A stretch of 63,813 nucleotides of DNA, counting the filler, from Asterionella formosa (Eukaryota), in assembly GCA_002256025.1 (NCBI GenBank). It is 2 parts of 2 records of this genome, joined end to end, with 100 filler letters (N's around TTAATTAATTAA, not from the genome) between each part and the next. Parts side by side here need not be neighbours in the genome. Positions count along the whole stretch, not along the records: positions 31,973 to 63,813 come from NKIB01000572.1; 1 more part is not named here. One strand, written 5' to 3'. The notes under the pieces were generated by a model, which was not told where the DNA came from, made no database searches, and saw nothing but the letters and a program-made list of their open reading frames with translations. Below are positions 47,809 through 59,505 of the stretch, piece after piece (position 1 is the stretch's first letter; each line of letters starts with the position of its first letter). The position numbers were made by a program, and so were the translations under genes.

Positions 47809-49920
47809 TCATGGCATAGCATCCAATGCAAGGATGATTTGCGAAAAAGTGGGACGGGCAACTGTATCCTTTTCAATGCAAGCACGAATCAAGGCAGCAT
47901 ATTGTGGTGGGCACCACTTTGGAATTTCTGGTCGATAATCTCTGTTCAAAACAGCCAACGCACACTGAATAGCACTCATGCCTTCGTAAGGACATTCTGC
48001 TGTCAAAAGCTCCCATAAAATGATCCCAAAGGAAAATACATCAGCTGGTTCAGCATAGGGTTGGTTGGCCAAGATCTCGGGTGCCATCCACTGGACAGTT
48101 CCACAGTTGCCTGTCATGCTCCTTTCTTGTGCTTTCAATCGACTTAACCCAAAATCGCACACCTTTGCTGTATATGATTCGTCCAATAGCAAGTTGGCCG
48201 ATTTCAAGTCTCGATGTAAGACTGGCGGAACTCCGCTATGCAAGTATGTCATACCTCGTGCTGCTCCAAACGCTACTCGTTTGACCAAGACCCAAGGCCA
48301 CGTATCCTTTGGCGGCAATTGATTGGGCAAGTCTGACCCATCATATAACTCCAACGGCCAAGCTGCCATAGTCAAACCATCTGCCGCTACATACGGTGCT
48401 TGAAGCGGCAAACGGAGCGCATCCCACAGACTGCCATTCGCCGCCAATTCTGTAATAATTGCTCGATTCGGGGGATCCAAGGACGCACCCATATAGAGAC
48501 AAATATTAGGATGCCGCATGCCACGGAGCATATTGATTTCTGCAGCAAACTCTTGTAAAATAACAGTAGACACATTTTCTCGTTGCGCCCTTCCTGTCAA
48601 CACTTTGACCGCGACTGGAGTTCCCCTCCACTTGGCCCTCCAAACTTGGCCAAATCCGCCGCCACCAATAATTTCTTCTAACGACAATTCGCTAAAAGCA
48701 ATACTAGTCGATGCCAGTGAAGATGCAGAGTCGGTAGAGTGCGTAAGATTCTGTCGTTTGTGAATGATATTTCTGCGAGGATCGTCCGGATCACTTGCTG
48801 CCGTTTGGGGAGTAGTCGATTTGTTTTTGATCAATTGAGGAAAGAACAATCGCGAATCCGGCTGAGAAAAGTCAATGTAGTGTTGAAGATTCCCAGACTC
48901 CATTTCAGCTGCCAAATCGTCAACATGAAAAGATCTTGATGACGAATTCCTCACTAAACAGACGTCAGCAAGCGTGGGCATGAAAGGGACTTTTAATGCT
49001 GGTGACAGACTGGGTGCTAGTGGCGCATGTGCGGCCATGGTCCGACGTTGCTTCATACCAGCTCGCGGAGTTTCGGCCTGTAGGATATCATCCGTTCCAG
49101 GCGAGGCGCCCAAGCGCGAAGACCTGCGGGACTCATTCGAAATAATGGAGGGTACTTTGCCTCGGGCAATAGCTCCTGATTGCAAGGGACGCTCTTCGTC
49201 TACTTCCGACAATTTTTCAAATGAAGAGACAGGTGATAGGGGTCTTACGATAACTCGACCTCTATGGGGGGTTGTTGTTGCCGAATGGGACTGCTGGGGT
49301 GTGTGTTGCTGTGGCTGTAGATTATAGTAAGAATTGCTGGGAGATCGATATGAACCTGAAAGTGCCGTGTCATTTCCAGGGAAATGAGAATTACTATTCA
49401 ACGATCCCGACTTGCGGTGTCGAGAGGTTGGATATTGGCGAGGATACGGATAAAATAACGGAGCTCGCGAGTTCGGCGACAATGTGTCATCGTGGTCCCC
49501 ACTATAGTATCGCTCCATTTCGCAATCGTCGCTCCAATCATCAGTCTTCTTCTTCCTCAAGGTGGTAGGTCGTCTCTTTCTGTTCACCGGCGAACTATCT
49601 GTGACAAGATGTAGAAATAATGCCACGAGCAGTCCCATGACAGCCAAGAGCACCATGGCTGAATAAAGCCACGGCTCTTGCACCAGTGGGACTCTTCGTC
49701 CATTCTCATTGTGCGAATTTTGAAACACGTCTAAATTGTAAACACGATCTTCTTCCTCGAATTGCTTTTGTAGAGAAGGGGCAGCTTGTTTCCCACTCCG
49801 AACATAGCGCCTTGATTTTCGATACAAAATGTCGTCCGTCAATGATAAAGAGGCCTCTCGGACATGACCATCGCCAAAGCCCGTAATATAGTGAGTGTTT
49901 CTAGGCCTTTTCGCCATCAT
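47809..49920 (-). CDS. Tyrosine-kinase-like (Raf/CTR1-like) Ser/Thr kinase with one N-terminal TM helix
   Basis: IGGGGFGQV, VAVK, RHPNI, HRDLKSANLL, DFG, GTVQWMAPE, DVFSFG; TM WLYSAMVLLAVMGLLVALFLHLV. Confidence 0.95.
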   Translation of the reverse strand: MMAKRPRNTHYITGFGDGHVREASLSLTDDILYRKSRRYVRSGKQAAPSLQKQFEEEDRVYNLDVFQNSHNENGRRVPLVQEPWLYSAMVLLAVMGLLVALFLHLVTDSSPVNRKRRPTTLRKKKTDDWSDDCEMERYYSGDHDDTLSPNSRAPLFYPYPRQYPTSRHRKSGSLNSNSHFPGNDTALSGSYRSPSNSYYNLQPQQHTPQQSHSATTTPHRGRVIVRPLSPVSSFEKLSEVDEERPLQSGAIARGKVPSIISNESRRSSRLGASPGTDDILQAETPRAGMKQRRTMAAHAPLAPSLSPALKVPFMPTLADVCLVRNSSSRSFHVDDLAAEMESGNLQHYIDFSQPDSRLFFPQLIKNKSTTPQTAASDPDDPRRNIIHKRQNLTHSTDSASSLASTSIAFSELSLEEIIGGGGFGQVWRAKWRGTPVAVKVLTGRAQRENVSTVILQEFAAEINMLRGMRHPNICLYMGASLDPPNRAIITELAANGSLWDALRLPLQAPYVAADGLTMAAWPLELYDGSDLPNQLPPKDTWPWVLVKRVAFGAARGMTYLHSGVPPVLHRDLKSANLLLDESYTAKVCDFGLSRLKAQERSMTGNCGTVQWMAPEILANQPYAEPADVFSFGIILWELLTAECPYEGMSAIQCALAVLNRDYRPEIPKWCPPQYAALIRACIEKDTVARPTFSQIILALDAMP

Positions 49921-50865
49921 GATGAAGACATATAGGGTCGAATGATGGCAATGACTGGGAATTTCGTCTACCCAGAATGCGAGGGCTCTCGAGGGCTCTC
50001 TTGTTTCAGTGAGACAATGGTGATACCTTCCCTCCTCATGAACAGAACGAGTCTAGTTTACGAGCCTCTGTCAAGAGATCTGCGGGATCGAAAGCAAACT
50101 CCAGTGCAGGCTACGTTTCCTAGCGCTTGAATCTTGTTCCACTGAGAACCTTTGTGCGTGAATCTCGAACCATACAATAAGCCTTATGGTCAATCGAGTA
50201 CTGATAACTCTATGTGTACCTGGTAGCTTGACTTAGGGATTGATCCGTTCAACAATACCGTGCAAAAATGATTCAAACTCTGGGAGGTAGTAAGCCGGGG
50301 TCATCCATCAGTGGTGATGATTTGCCGAGATGGCGAGAGACGAGAGAAGCGGTATGATCCGTGATGGTGTAGTAGCGGCAGTACCAGTGTCAGCACCAAT
50401 CAAGGATACCTGGTTGGAGTATCACGTACCAGTACAGTTCCATCAGGAACACAGTTTGTACAGTACCTGGTACCTAGTACAATCATCAGGTACTCCTGGT
50501 ACCAGCTACGTAGTACCTGGTACTTGCTTACCGGTATTCGATGTGTTATTTATTTTCTTTCTCCTTCTTGGTGTCACATGATGGTGTCAATGATGAGTTT
50601 TGGTTGCATGATTTTTTCAGTTTTACCGGACCACACTTTGACATTTTACGTAGGGGGTAAGTAAGCAAGATAGGAACTAGAGGTCTCATATGGTCACATA
50701 CAATGAATTCAACACACGAGTGTACAACAGGATGGAATCCAGAATCCGTTTATATGCCATACTTGATGTCGACATTGGGTTGCACATTACAAAATACGGT
50801 ATAAAATGCATGTATGAAATCGTACATGAATTCGTACGGTTGACCCGTAAACATGGTACCAGGTA

Positions 50866-52374
50866 CTCCCTCTGGCTGAAAACAATTGCAGCAACTTTTA
50901 AAATTTCTCCGGTGCAATTTTGATTAAGATTCTCTCCAGCTCAATTGCCCTAATGTGCGCAATCACTTAAGGTTCCTGCATTTCAACCCAAGTTTAGAGG
51001 TAGGGTTAAAAAATAATATTGAGTCAGAGTACTCAAACACACACTTCTTACGAGTAAAACATAAATGTGTATCGCTAAACGGAGCTTTCACCAACATCAC
51101 CCTTTCCATATGCTTAGATACAGTCATTGACAAAAGTAGGGGAACAGGTCAATGCTATATATTGTCAGGATATAGGATCTGGCGAGAAACTACAGAAAGG
51201 AACTTCGGTTTTTAAACTATGCTATAAAGACCAGAAATTTCAGGGGAAATCACTTTATTTGACATAGTAAGAAAACCGAAATTCCTTTCTGCAGTTTCTT
51301 GCCAAAAGTTATATACTGATTCTATTTGAAGGTTACCTATGTATCTAAATCGGCTTCAGACCCAGCCAACGTTGAGCTATTGTTGTCCAAATATTTGCCG
51401 AGCCACCGGGTTGTATATAAGAAAAATAATCGTCGGTACATATACAATTCAGTGATGCACAATGTTTATATATATAGTTAGCTATTTCAAAAAGGAATCT
51501 ATGTACGTACGCGCAAATTTCCACTGATTTGAATATATCAAACGGAATCATGTCATTCAAAAATAGCTCCTTATAAATTCTTAGTTCCAGGGAATTTCGG
51601 CAACGCTAAGCAATATTTTAATTTTTGCATTAGAGTTGAAATGCAGGAACCTTAAGCCACAGATCCATGTAATATATATAATTAGTAAATTTAAAATTGG
51701 CAACTACATATCAAAAAAGCATTTTTGGGCTTTTTCGAGTTTCACTTACGGCTAATCTCAAGTAAAATGCAGATGTATGAGGACCCATTTTTCTTCGAAC
51801 CATCTATTCTCAACATACTTACAAAGTAGGATATAACAGTAGAATAACAGCAACTCGCGTTCAAGCAATTATGGAACGCGCAACCCCGAAAGTTGCAACG
51901 GTGGGAAGGAAGACAATGACGGTATGGTCGTTTTGAGGAAATCACCATTAAATATCCGGCGGTGTGGTCAATGTAAGTGCAACAACTGTAGAAAGCATAC
52001 GAGATGACAGTTACTCTTTTCATGTTATAATTATGATAGTGGCTTGTTCTATTTGGCTTCCTGCTGGTTTCCAGTAAATATTTGAGTGGCCGACCAACAT
52101 AAAACAGCATTTGCTTGGCAATATGCTAATATATGTAATTGATATATATATATATGTTAAATTGGTTTTGAATAATTTATTTAAATGCTATTGATTCAAT
52201 TACAGAAACAGAAGGTATGTTCATGTCTATGTAACTAATAACGAATGCATTTTCTCGAGTAAGCCGATCCCCACGTAGAAAGATGTTATGTTGGCTACGT
52301 AATCCTTCACATGCAAACAGTGAAGACACTAGTGGTGCCAGCGATTCGACGCAATTATTTTCAACCAAAGGGAG
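50866..52374. mobile_element. Stowaway-like (Tc1/mariner) MITE copy 2 with nested TTAA element
   Basis: TA|CTCCCTCTGGCTGAAAACAATTGC ... GCAATTATTTTCAACCAAAGGGAG|TA. Confidence 0.85.
50971..51651. mobile_element. 681-bp MITE with TTAA TSD and GG..CC termini (Kolobok-like)
   Basis: TTAA|GGTTCCTGCATTTCAAC ... GTTGAAATGCAGGAACC|TTAA perfect 17-bp TIR; internal inverted repeat 51185-51299; absent from copy 1 near 38810. Confidence 0.85.
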
Positions 52375-54360
52375 TACCAGGTACCTGCAAGTTGTGGTCA
52401 GTTGTTTGCCAAAAACAGAACGTGGCGCCTGCAAGCACTCAAGTTCGACTCCCCGGTAATATTACCTCAACATGTAGAAAATTTTAAGGGTTTTGTGCTG
52501 GCCAATTAATTTCATTATTATCAAAATCTAATTTTGAAGAATGATTTTCTGAAAAAACCAGTTTCCGAACATTGCTACGATGGGGGGCGGGGATTGGGTT
52601 TTTTTCCCAATCACAATTCTGGGTGTCAAGATTCCTTTTTCCAAAAATCTCCTAGTTTATATCACATGGAGCAGTCCTTGTGACGAATGGAAATTTTGCT
52701 TCGGTATGTCGTCTGTGGGAACATGATGTAGATCAATGTTATTTTCTTCACTTTTCTCTATAGTCGAATTTTTTTAATTTTTCACGACCCCCCTCCTTTG
52801 ATCGCGGAACCGCCAAAGTTGGTGGTACCGTCATGGTGACTTGTGTGCCGGTTTGTTGCAACAAGTTGATAGGTCCATCATGGTTGCTCTTGCTAATGAT
52901 AACAAACAATACAGCCATTTTTAGTTATGTACGACAACTTTTGCGATGCTATTGCCCTGGCATCCGAATCCTGTCTGTAACGACAAGTAATCCATGTGAT
53001 GCAATTCACTACCATTTTGAATGAACAGAAGTGCAAACAGCTGTGATACATACCGGTATGCATGCATCATACATAGGAGGATGACGGAGTACATACATGC
53101 ATCCCTGTATACATACTGGTATCAACTACCAATTCATACTACCATACCCTGGTACCATGACTGTTTACGGAACTTATAGTACAATTGACTTTATGTCAGT
53201 ATTTGTTTTTAGCTATGTGTTCTCCAAGCAAATATGTTCTTGGAACATGATGTTTGCCAGTATGGTACCTGGTACCGGTAGTAGTGGCAACATCATGAAA
53301 ATGATCACGAATTAAAAACCAATTGTTCTTTTCAGCTACTGATGTTGTAGTAAATGTCGCTCTAGTACTTGGTGTTAGACGATTATCTACGAACTGCTCG
53401 TGTTTCGATCTGGCAAGAAATCATGGCGGAGATAATGTCATTGTGGTCGAGCGCCATATTGCTTCCGCCGATTTTCTATTTCAGCTATTTCGCAATGAAT
53501 ATCAAAGCTACGTGTTCGTTTCTTTCACTACTTGTCAGCGACACGTGTTTTCTATCTAAGCAACTAATTGCTAGCTGCAAGGGTGGCAAGGGCAGCATAA
53601 CAACCCACAAACGCAAGGAGTCTTGGCTGAAGTTGAAGTTGTCCATTGATGATGACAATTGACATGATGGATGCTTTTTACAATGACATTTTTGAATCAC
53701 TTTATAGCTGCTGCTGTATATCACAGAATAGCTAACATTTGACAGTTCTTGGGAGCAAAAACCCAGCCAATATCCAATTAAAAAGCAGGAAATTACTGCA
53801 ACAACCATGCTGATGCATTCATGGATTATCAAAGATTCATGAAAAAAGGTGCCCTAAGGTTTTTAGCTAATTCATGACAAAAAGGCGCAGTAAGGGAGCC
53901 AACACACAATTGCGCTGAAACGACTTAGGCCATAACATGTTTTACCAGAAATTGTATCAGAATTTTAATCAGCCCTGCAAGAATTACCCATTTGGAATCT
54001 TGTCTAGCTCGGTTGGCAGACTTGAAACTATCTAAAAGGTTTCAATCATTTAATGCAAGCAAGTCAGTCTCTGATACAAGCACCTATCTATCTGCCGGCA
54101 AAATGTTGGGAGTTTCAGAAACATGCTGAAACTGACATTTCGAAAAAGACTGTGACTTGCATAATTTGAAAATACATGTATGTGCCAATATTTTGTTTCA
54201 TATAAGGTATATATTTATTCAGGAGTGCATACCAGGTAAACGCGTCATATATTCTATCCACTATTGCAGTGTGGACGAGTCATTTCTTCCTCTATGTAAT
54301 TCAGGCACAACCACCCTGGTGATCAAATCCAAACCATTCCTTCATTTATTTAGTAAGTTC

Positions 54361-57300
54361 ATGACCAACAGAATCAACGATTCGACCATGGGATCAAACG
54401 AGGCAGGCAAGGTTCGCCGAAGCAGAAAGGTGCAGTCACGAAGCCGTGATCACCTATCGATGCTTGATGTGGAGGACCCACCGCATCCACCAAAGCGTTC
54501 TTCAGTTGCCTCACACGGATCAAATGGTTCCCAAGCTACCCACAAGACTGGTACTGTATCCCAAGCGTCGTCTGAAACTGTTGTTGCCTCAATGCTTACG
54601 AAAATGAACCTGCCATCCCAACGTAAGAAGTCGCGTAACTCTAGGCCAGAACCAAAGTGTTCGTCAAAATGCACATACCTGTTGTTGGCAGCGATGTGCA
54701 TCTTTGTGGCGTTTTACGGGGGAAATACCTATTTGAACACCATGGTGATCAACGATGAATTCGATACAGTCGCAAGCAGCTCTCAAAATAAAAATTCAGA
54801 CGTTGAAAGGCACCAAGAGAAATCAAAGAAAGACGACGAACCCGATGGTGATTCACTGGAGGGAAAGATCGGCGAGAGCGCAGATGTCGCGGGGACGAAG
54901 GCTAAGCCAAAAGCAAAGGATGAGGTTACTGATTCCCTCTGGGACGGTCTCTTAGCTACTACCTTAGTAACCGAAGGAGACAATTCCACAAACAAGAAGG
55001 AAGATGAGTATCCTGAGCAATATGACGACAGCCAAACGCCTTCCGAGTCAAAGCGCGTTGTGCCGGGGGGCGAAATAATCACCTCAAATCTGACTGAATC
55101 AACCGGAAAGAAAGGATACAAAGAGGATTCGAATTACGAGGTAACGGAGAGTGCTATGAACGTCACCGAAAAAGGTGCAGGTCGTACGATGATATCTGGC
55201 GACCAAGCTGAAGTCGAAAATACCAAGCCAGCAAAGGAAGACGACAGCGATGAGTTATCTCACGACGACCGGCGATACGGAGACAATAAGATTATGTCTC
55301 AGGAAAGAAGTGGAAATATGATTCTGAGCAACGATAAACAAGTGATGACTTTAAGGGACGATGAAGACCCACAGTTAATTGTGCACGAAGGCATGAACCC
55401 AAAACCAAGAACGAATGAGAAGCAAAAAAGTGCAAGCGTCGCGCAAGACGTTACCTACCAGGTGAATTCCGGGATAAATCTTTCACAAGAAAATTCCGAC
55501 GCTCAAGCTTTGAATCAAAACCAAAAGTTGCAGGAGACAACAATGGAGGAGCGAGACAATCGTGAAGGTCAAATGAGAAATCCAGACAGTAGAGGGGACA
55601 TGAAGCAGACAGGATTTGGAGATGGCCAAATGAGAATTGAAGCTTACCAAGGAATGGAGAAACAGGAAAGAACCAGTGATGGTAGAAACAAGAATTTGGA
55701 GGATCAAGGCATGATACAGGAGCAAGGTGATGGTGCTGGACAATTGAGAATCTCCGAAATTCGAGGTGAACTGACCGATAGAGGTTTTGGCGACATGCAA
55801 ATGCGAAATGAAGATGGCAAAGGAATGATTTTGTCGAAAAGAAACGAGGACGATCAAAACAGGAATGGAGAGGGTGAAGGTATGATACAGGAGCATCGCG
55901 ACAGTAATGCTCAAGCCAGAAGTGCAGGCAGTCAAGCAGGAATTCGAATGAGTAACGGGAAAAGCATGATGGAACAGACCGAAGACAATACAAATTCAAC
56001 TTGGAATGGAAAGGTTCAAGGCACGAAGCAGGAGCAAGGATACGGTGATGGTCAAATGAGAGATCCAAATGATCCAGGGAGACAAGAGCAAGCAGGATTC
56101 GTCACAGATAAAAATCGAAATGAAGTCGATCAAGGCATTGTACAGCTGAAAGCAAGCGATAACGGTCAAGAGAGGAGTCAACATGGCCAAAGAACAATAG
56201 TTCATGAGCGAAGGGACGGTGATGGTCAAATGCGACACCCAGGTAGTCAAGGGGCACTGCTACAGCAAGGATTAGGCGACGGTCGAATGCGCACAGACGA
56301 TAGTCAAGCCATGACACAAGGGGAAGGCGGTACGGGACAAACGAAAACGCAAGCGAGCCAGGAATTGGCAATGCAGCGAAGAGATAGAGGTGGCGATGTT
56401 CAATTGAATGATCAAAATGTTGGAGGGAGTGTGCAGGACCAAGGATTTGGTGATAGTCAAATTAGAACGAGCGACAATCAAGATATATGGCGAGAGACAC
56501 GAGTAAATGATGGTCAAATGAAGAGTCTAGAGGGCAAAGGGATGGTGCAGGAAGAAGGAAATACTTTTGGTGAGCTGGAGATTCCAGGTAGTCATGGATT
56601 AGGCGATAGCCGAATTCAAGTTGAGGATGGCGATATCACGATGCAGCAAAAAGCAGGCGGTAACGATCCATACATGAATCGAGATCGTCAAACAACGATC
56701 CTGGAGAATGAAGACTTTGTCGACCAAAAACTTGATCAAGACAGTCAAGTCATGATGCAGAGAAGCACGTTCAAAAATGCTCGAAATGAGATGATTAATG
56801 AGGTTGGCGACACTGAGAGTGCTAGTCCAGGAGACAAATCGAAGCAGTTACTGAGTCAAGGTGATCAAGATAAAGGGATGGAGGATGAACGCGTTCCACA
56901 AGGCTCCAACAAGCTGAACGATATTGAAATAGAAGCTGTGGATATGAAGCACCCAGGAGATCAGATGATGCGACAACATGAGGGACAAGGTCTCATAATT
57001 ACGCAAAGTAGCAAGAAACAAGGAGGAAACGTTACGGCGAGTGGCCAACGACAAGACATGGTCTATCAAGACAGAAATGATGTGATGAACAGCAATAATG
57101 AAAAGGATGAATACACCTCCGGTATCTCAAATGAAATGATGAACCAGAACGGCATGCAGCAACACGATGGTTCGATGATTGGATTCGTTCCTCAAAGTGG
57201 CGAATCCACACAGAGCGACATCATCTCACAAGTTGATGAAGTCGTGATACAGGAAAAGAATTTGTTTGATGATGAGGAAGAGGGTCACCGTGGAATTCAA

Positions 57301-58728
57301 AATCAGTCGCAACAGGGTATGCGACCAGCGGACTCAATAATCGGCGGTCATCAAGCTATTATTCATGAGGGGTCCATGGTGAACGGTACCTCAAGTCTGA
57401 CGTCCAGAGAATCCATGAGTAAAATTCCCTTTATGGGTGCCCAGTTGCAACGAAGTGACATGATCAGCAACCTCAACACAGGTCGAGATAAAAAAATCGT
57501 GAGTCAAGTGAATTTCATGGTTGAAAAGGGTATTGCCGAAAGTGATGGAACAAGGGAACCTACAAACCAGTTCCTGCAAATTGATAATCAAAGTCACAAC
57601 CGTGGCTCAAATCGTCGCCTGCTGATGCAGCACCAAAGTCCTATCCCCCCGGCCCTTGATTCTCGAATTGAAGAGTATGTACGAAACCACGTTCTCTTTG
57701 AGCGTCTTGTCAACGTTGATCAAGATTTGCCCTTTGAAGAGTCTCACCAAATCCCATATTTCTGGCACATTCACAAATCAGCAGGAAGCACTCTAAAGCA
57801 TATCATGGTCTGCCTAGATCGCGTGCAAACAAGGAGAATGAACCTTCCCGAATGCAACGAAGATGAGAATAGTATACATACTTGTAAGCTGGAGTGGGGA
57901 ACGGTTGTGAACGTGGATGCATCATCGCCTGGAGGAATCGCACGCATAAATAAGCTGGGCTTACTGAAGGAGAAAATTCCGAATCTAGTTATTGATACTT
58001 CGCGAGTTTTCGAAGCTCTATCAATACTAAGCAAGGAGCGGCGCGGCCGCCTCTTTGTCGTGATGCGAGACCCTGTTGAACGAGCAATCAGCAAATTTTA
58101 CTACACGAAGATTGCAACATGGGAGCGAAACTGGCGCCCTGATGTTGTCAACATGACCATGATTGAGTTTGCCGATTCTCGCTACTGCTATGATAACTGG
58201 ATCACTCGACGGTTGGTCCACAAGATGGCACCTGGCTCTGAGTTGACACTTGAGGATCTAGCAATTGCCAAAGAAATCCTTAGGCAAAAGGCATTGATTC
58301 TTTTGACGAATGACATGATACAATCCAGTGATAGAATCGTTAAATACTTTGGCTGGTCTACGAGCGAGTACCAGCAATGGTGCATCAACAAGTTTGCCGT
58401 CGAGGAACCAATCAACTCGAATCCTCATCCGACTCAAGATCGTAATTCCGCCGAGTGGCATGCGATAAGACAGAAGAATATTTTTGATGTTGCACTTTAT
58501 GATTATGGACTCCAGTTGTTCGAAGCTCAGGGTCGCCTAATTGACCAAATGTCGTCAAATGTGCCAATTCGCAAGGCTATCTCCAGCTATGTTCCTTCGA
58601 ACCATCACAACATACCGCAACAGGAACAGCAAGTACCGACAGAAGGGATGTATAGTCCCATGTTACCAAAGATGGGTCAAGGCAAGTTGGCTTACCAGTT
58701 TGAAGCTGAGCGACACCATGGTCAGTAA
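54361..58728 (+). CDS. Type II membrane sulfotransferase-family protein with long repetitive stalk
   Basis: TM YLLLAAMCIFVAFYGG; ~20-aa GDGQMR repeats; PAPS-binding motifs FWHIHKSAGSTLK and RDPVERAIS; start 54361 or 54388. Confidence 0.85.
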   Translation: MTNRINDSTMGSNEAGKVRRSRKVQSRSRDHLSMLDVEDPPHPPKRSSVASHGSNGSQATHKTGTVSQASSETVVASMLTKMNLPSQRKKSRNSRPEPKCSSKCTYLLLAAMCIFVAFYGGNTYLNTMVINDEFDTVASSSQNKNSDVERHQEKSKKDDEPDGDSLEGKIGESADVAGTKAKPKAKDEVTDSLWDGLLATTLVTEGDNSTNKKEDEYPEQYDDSQTPSESKRVVPGGEIITSNLTESTGKKGYKEDSNYEVTESAMNVTEKGAGRTMISGDQAEVENTKPAKEDDSDELSHDDRRYGDNKIMSQERSGNMILSNDKQVMTLRDDEDPQLIVHEGMNPKPRTNEKQKSASVAQDVTYQVNSGINLSQENSDAQALNQNQKLQETTMEERDNREGQMRNPDSRGDMKQTGFGDGQMRIEAYQGMEKQERTSDGRNKNLEDQGMIQEQGDGAGQLRISEIRGELTDRGFGDMQMRNEDGKGMILSKRNEDDQNRNGEGEGMIQEHRDSNAQARSAGSQAGIRMSNGKSMMEQTEDNTNSTWNGKVQGTKQEQGYGDGQMRDPNDPGRQEQAGFVTDKNRNEVDQGIVQLKASDNGQERSQHGQRTIVHERRDGDGQMRHPGSQGALLQQGLGDGRMRTDDSQAMTQGEGGTGQTKTQASQELAMQRRDRGGDVQLNDQNVGGSVQDQGFGDSQIRTSDNQDIWRETRVNDGQMKSLEGKGMVQEEGNTFGELEIPGSHGLGDSRIQVEDGDITMQQKAGGNDPYMNRDRQTTILENEDFVDQKLDQDSQVMMQRSTFKNARNEMINEVGDTESASPGDKSKQLLSQGDQDKGMEDERVPQGSNKLNDIEIEAVDMKHPGDQMMRQHEGQGLIITQSSKKQGGNVTASGQRQDMVYQDRNDVMNSNNEKDEYTSGISNEMMNQNGMQQHDGSMIGFVPQSGESTQSDIISQVDEVVIQEKNLFDDEEEGHRGIQNQSQQGMRPADSIIGGHQAIIHEGSMVNGTSSLTSRESMSKIPFMGAQLQRSDMISNLNTGRDKKIVSQVNFMVEKGIAESDGTREPTNQFLQIDNQSHNRGSNRRLLMQHQSPIPPALDSRIEEYVRNHVLFERLVNVDQDLPFEESHQIPYFWHIHKSAGSTLKHIMVCLDRVQTRRMNLPECNEDENSIHTCKLEWGTVVNVDASSPGGIARINKLGLLKEKIPNLVIDTSRVFEALSILSKERRGRLFVVMRDPVERAISKFYYTKIATWERNWRPDVVNMTMIEFADSRYCYDNWITRRLVHKMAPGSELTLEDLAIAKEILRQKALILLTNDMIQSSDRIVKYFGWSTSEYQQWCINKFAVEEPINSNPHPTQDRNSAEWHAIRQKNIFDVALYDYGLQLFEAQGRLIDQMSSNVPIRKAISSYVPSNHHNIPQQEQQVPTEGMYSPMLPKMGQGKLAYQFEAERHHGQ

Positions 58729-59505
58729 ATTGTACCCCAAAGCAGAGTGACGCACTAATAATCAGGAGTGATCTCAAATTCAAATCTGATGCAGTAGAAA
58801 AAACATGATGGAATGTCTGGATTCTTCAGAGACTCTGACCAAAATCAAAAGAATGCCAACATGTCTCCATCAAAATTTAATATTTACCTCGAACCTAGGC
58901 GGACGAATCAGGGATGGAAATTGCTTCTAGTCAAATCCTGTCGCAAGGTGGCCAAGACAGCATGCGCTAAATGGTGTGGTTCAGCAAAAGACACCGAACA
59001 ATAGATGGCAGCATTATCTGGTGGCAGAATGAAACGCTAGGATACGCCGAATTCCAAACCCAAGGTCGAGAATCGGTTATATTCCATCCCCAAGGCAACA
59101 ATGTCATCATTTCCAGACTTTCTCGTTCGCCCCCACAGGAACACCGGTTCTTGAAAAAAAGTGGAAGCCATAGAACGGGATTGACGACGAAAGGTGTTTG
59201 TAGTTGATTCGCCTCTCATGTGACCTAATCATCTCATGGAAAATAACAGCAATCAAACAGAATGGTATGCAACATATGGTTGCGTACAATACGGCTCCTT
59301 GTGACGGCAAGAGCCAATTTGTTTGCCAACTAAAGTCAATCCAACGACAGTACCATGCAGCAACATGCGAATTAAGACCACCCAATCTATTCTGTCCAGA
59401 TTTGAACACGAACACTTTCGTAGATACGCTTTAGAGTAAAAAGGCTCTAGTAAATGTGCTAATACTTCCATACATCCTTAGTTAGCAACTTGCGTGTACA
59501 ACAAT

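Noticed and set aside
52420..52460. B-box-like GTTCGACTCC (also near 2330)
   Set aside because: No A box or cloverleaf around either site.
53369..53832. Short hydrophobic ORFs on both strands
   Set aside because: Non-ATG starts, no recognisable motif, embedded in decayed repeats.
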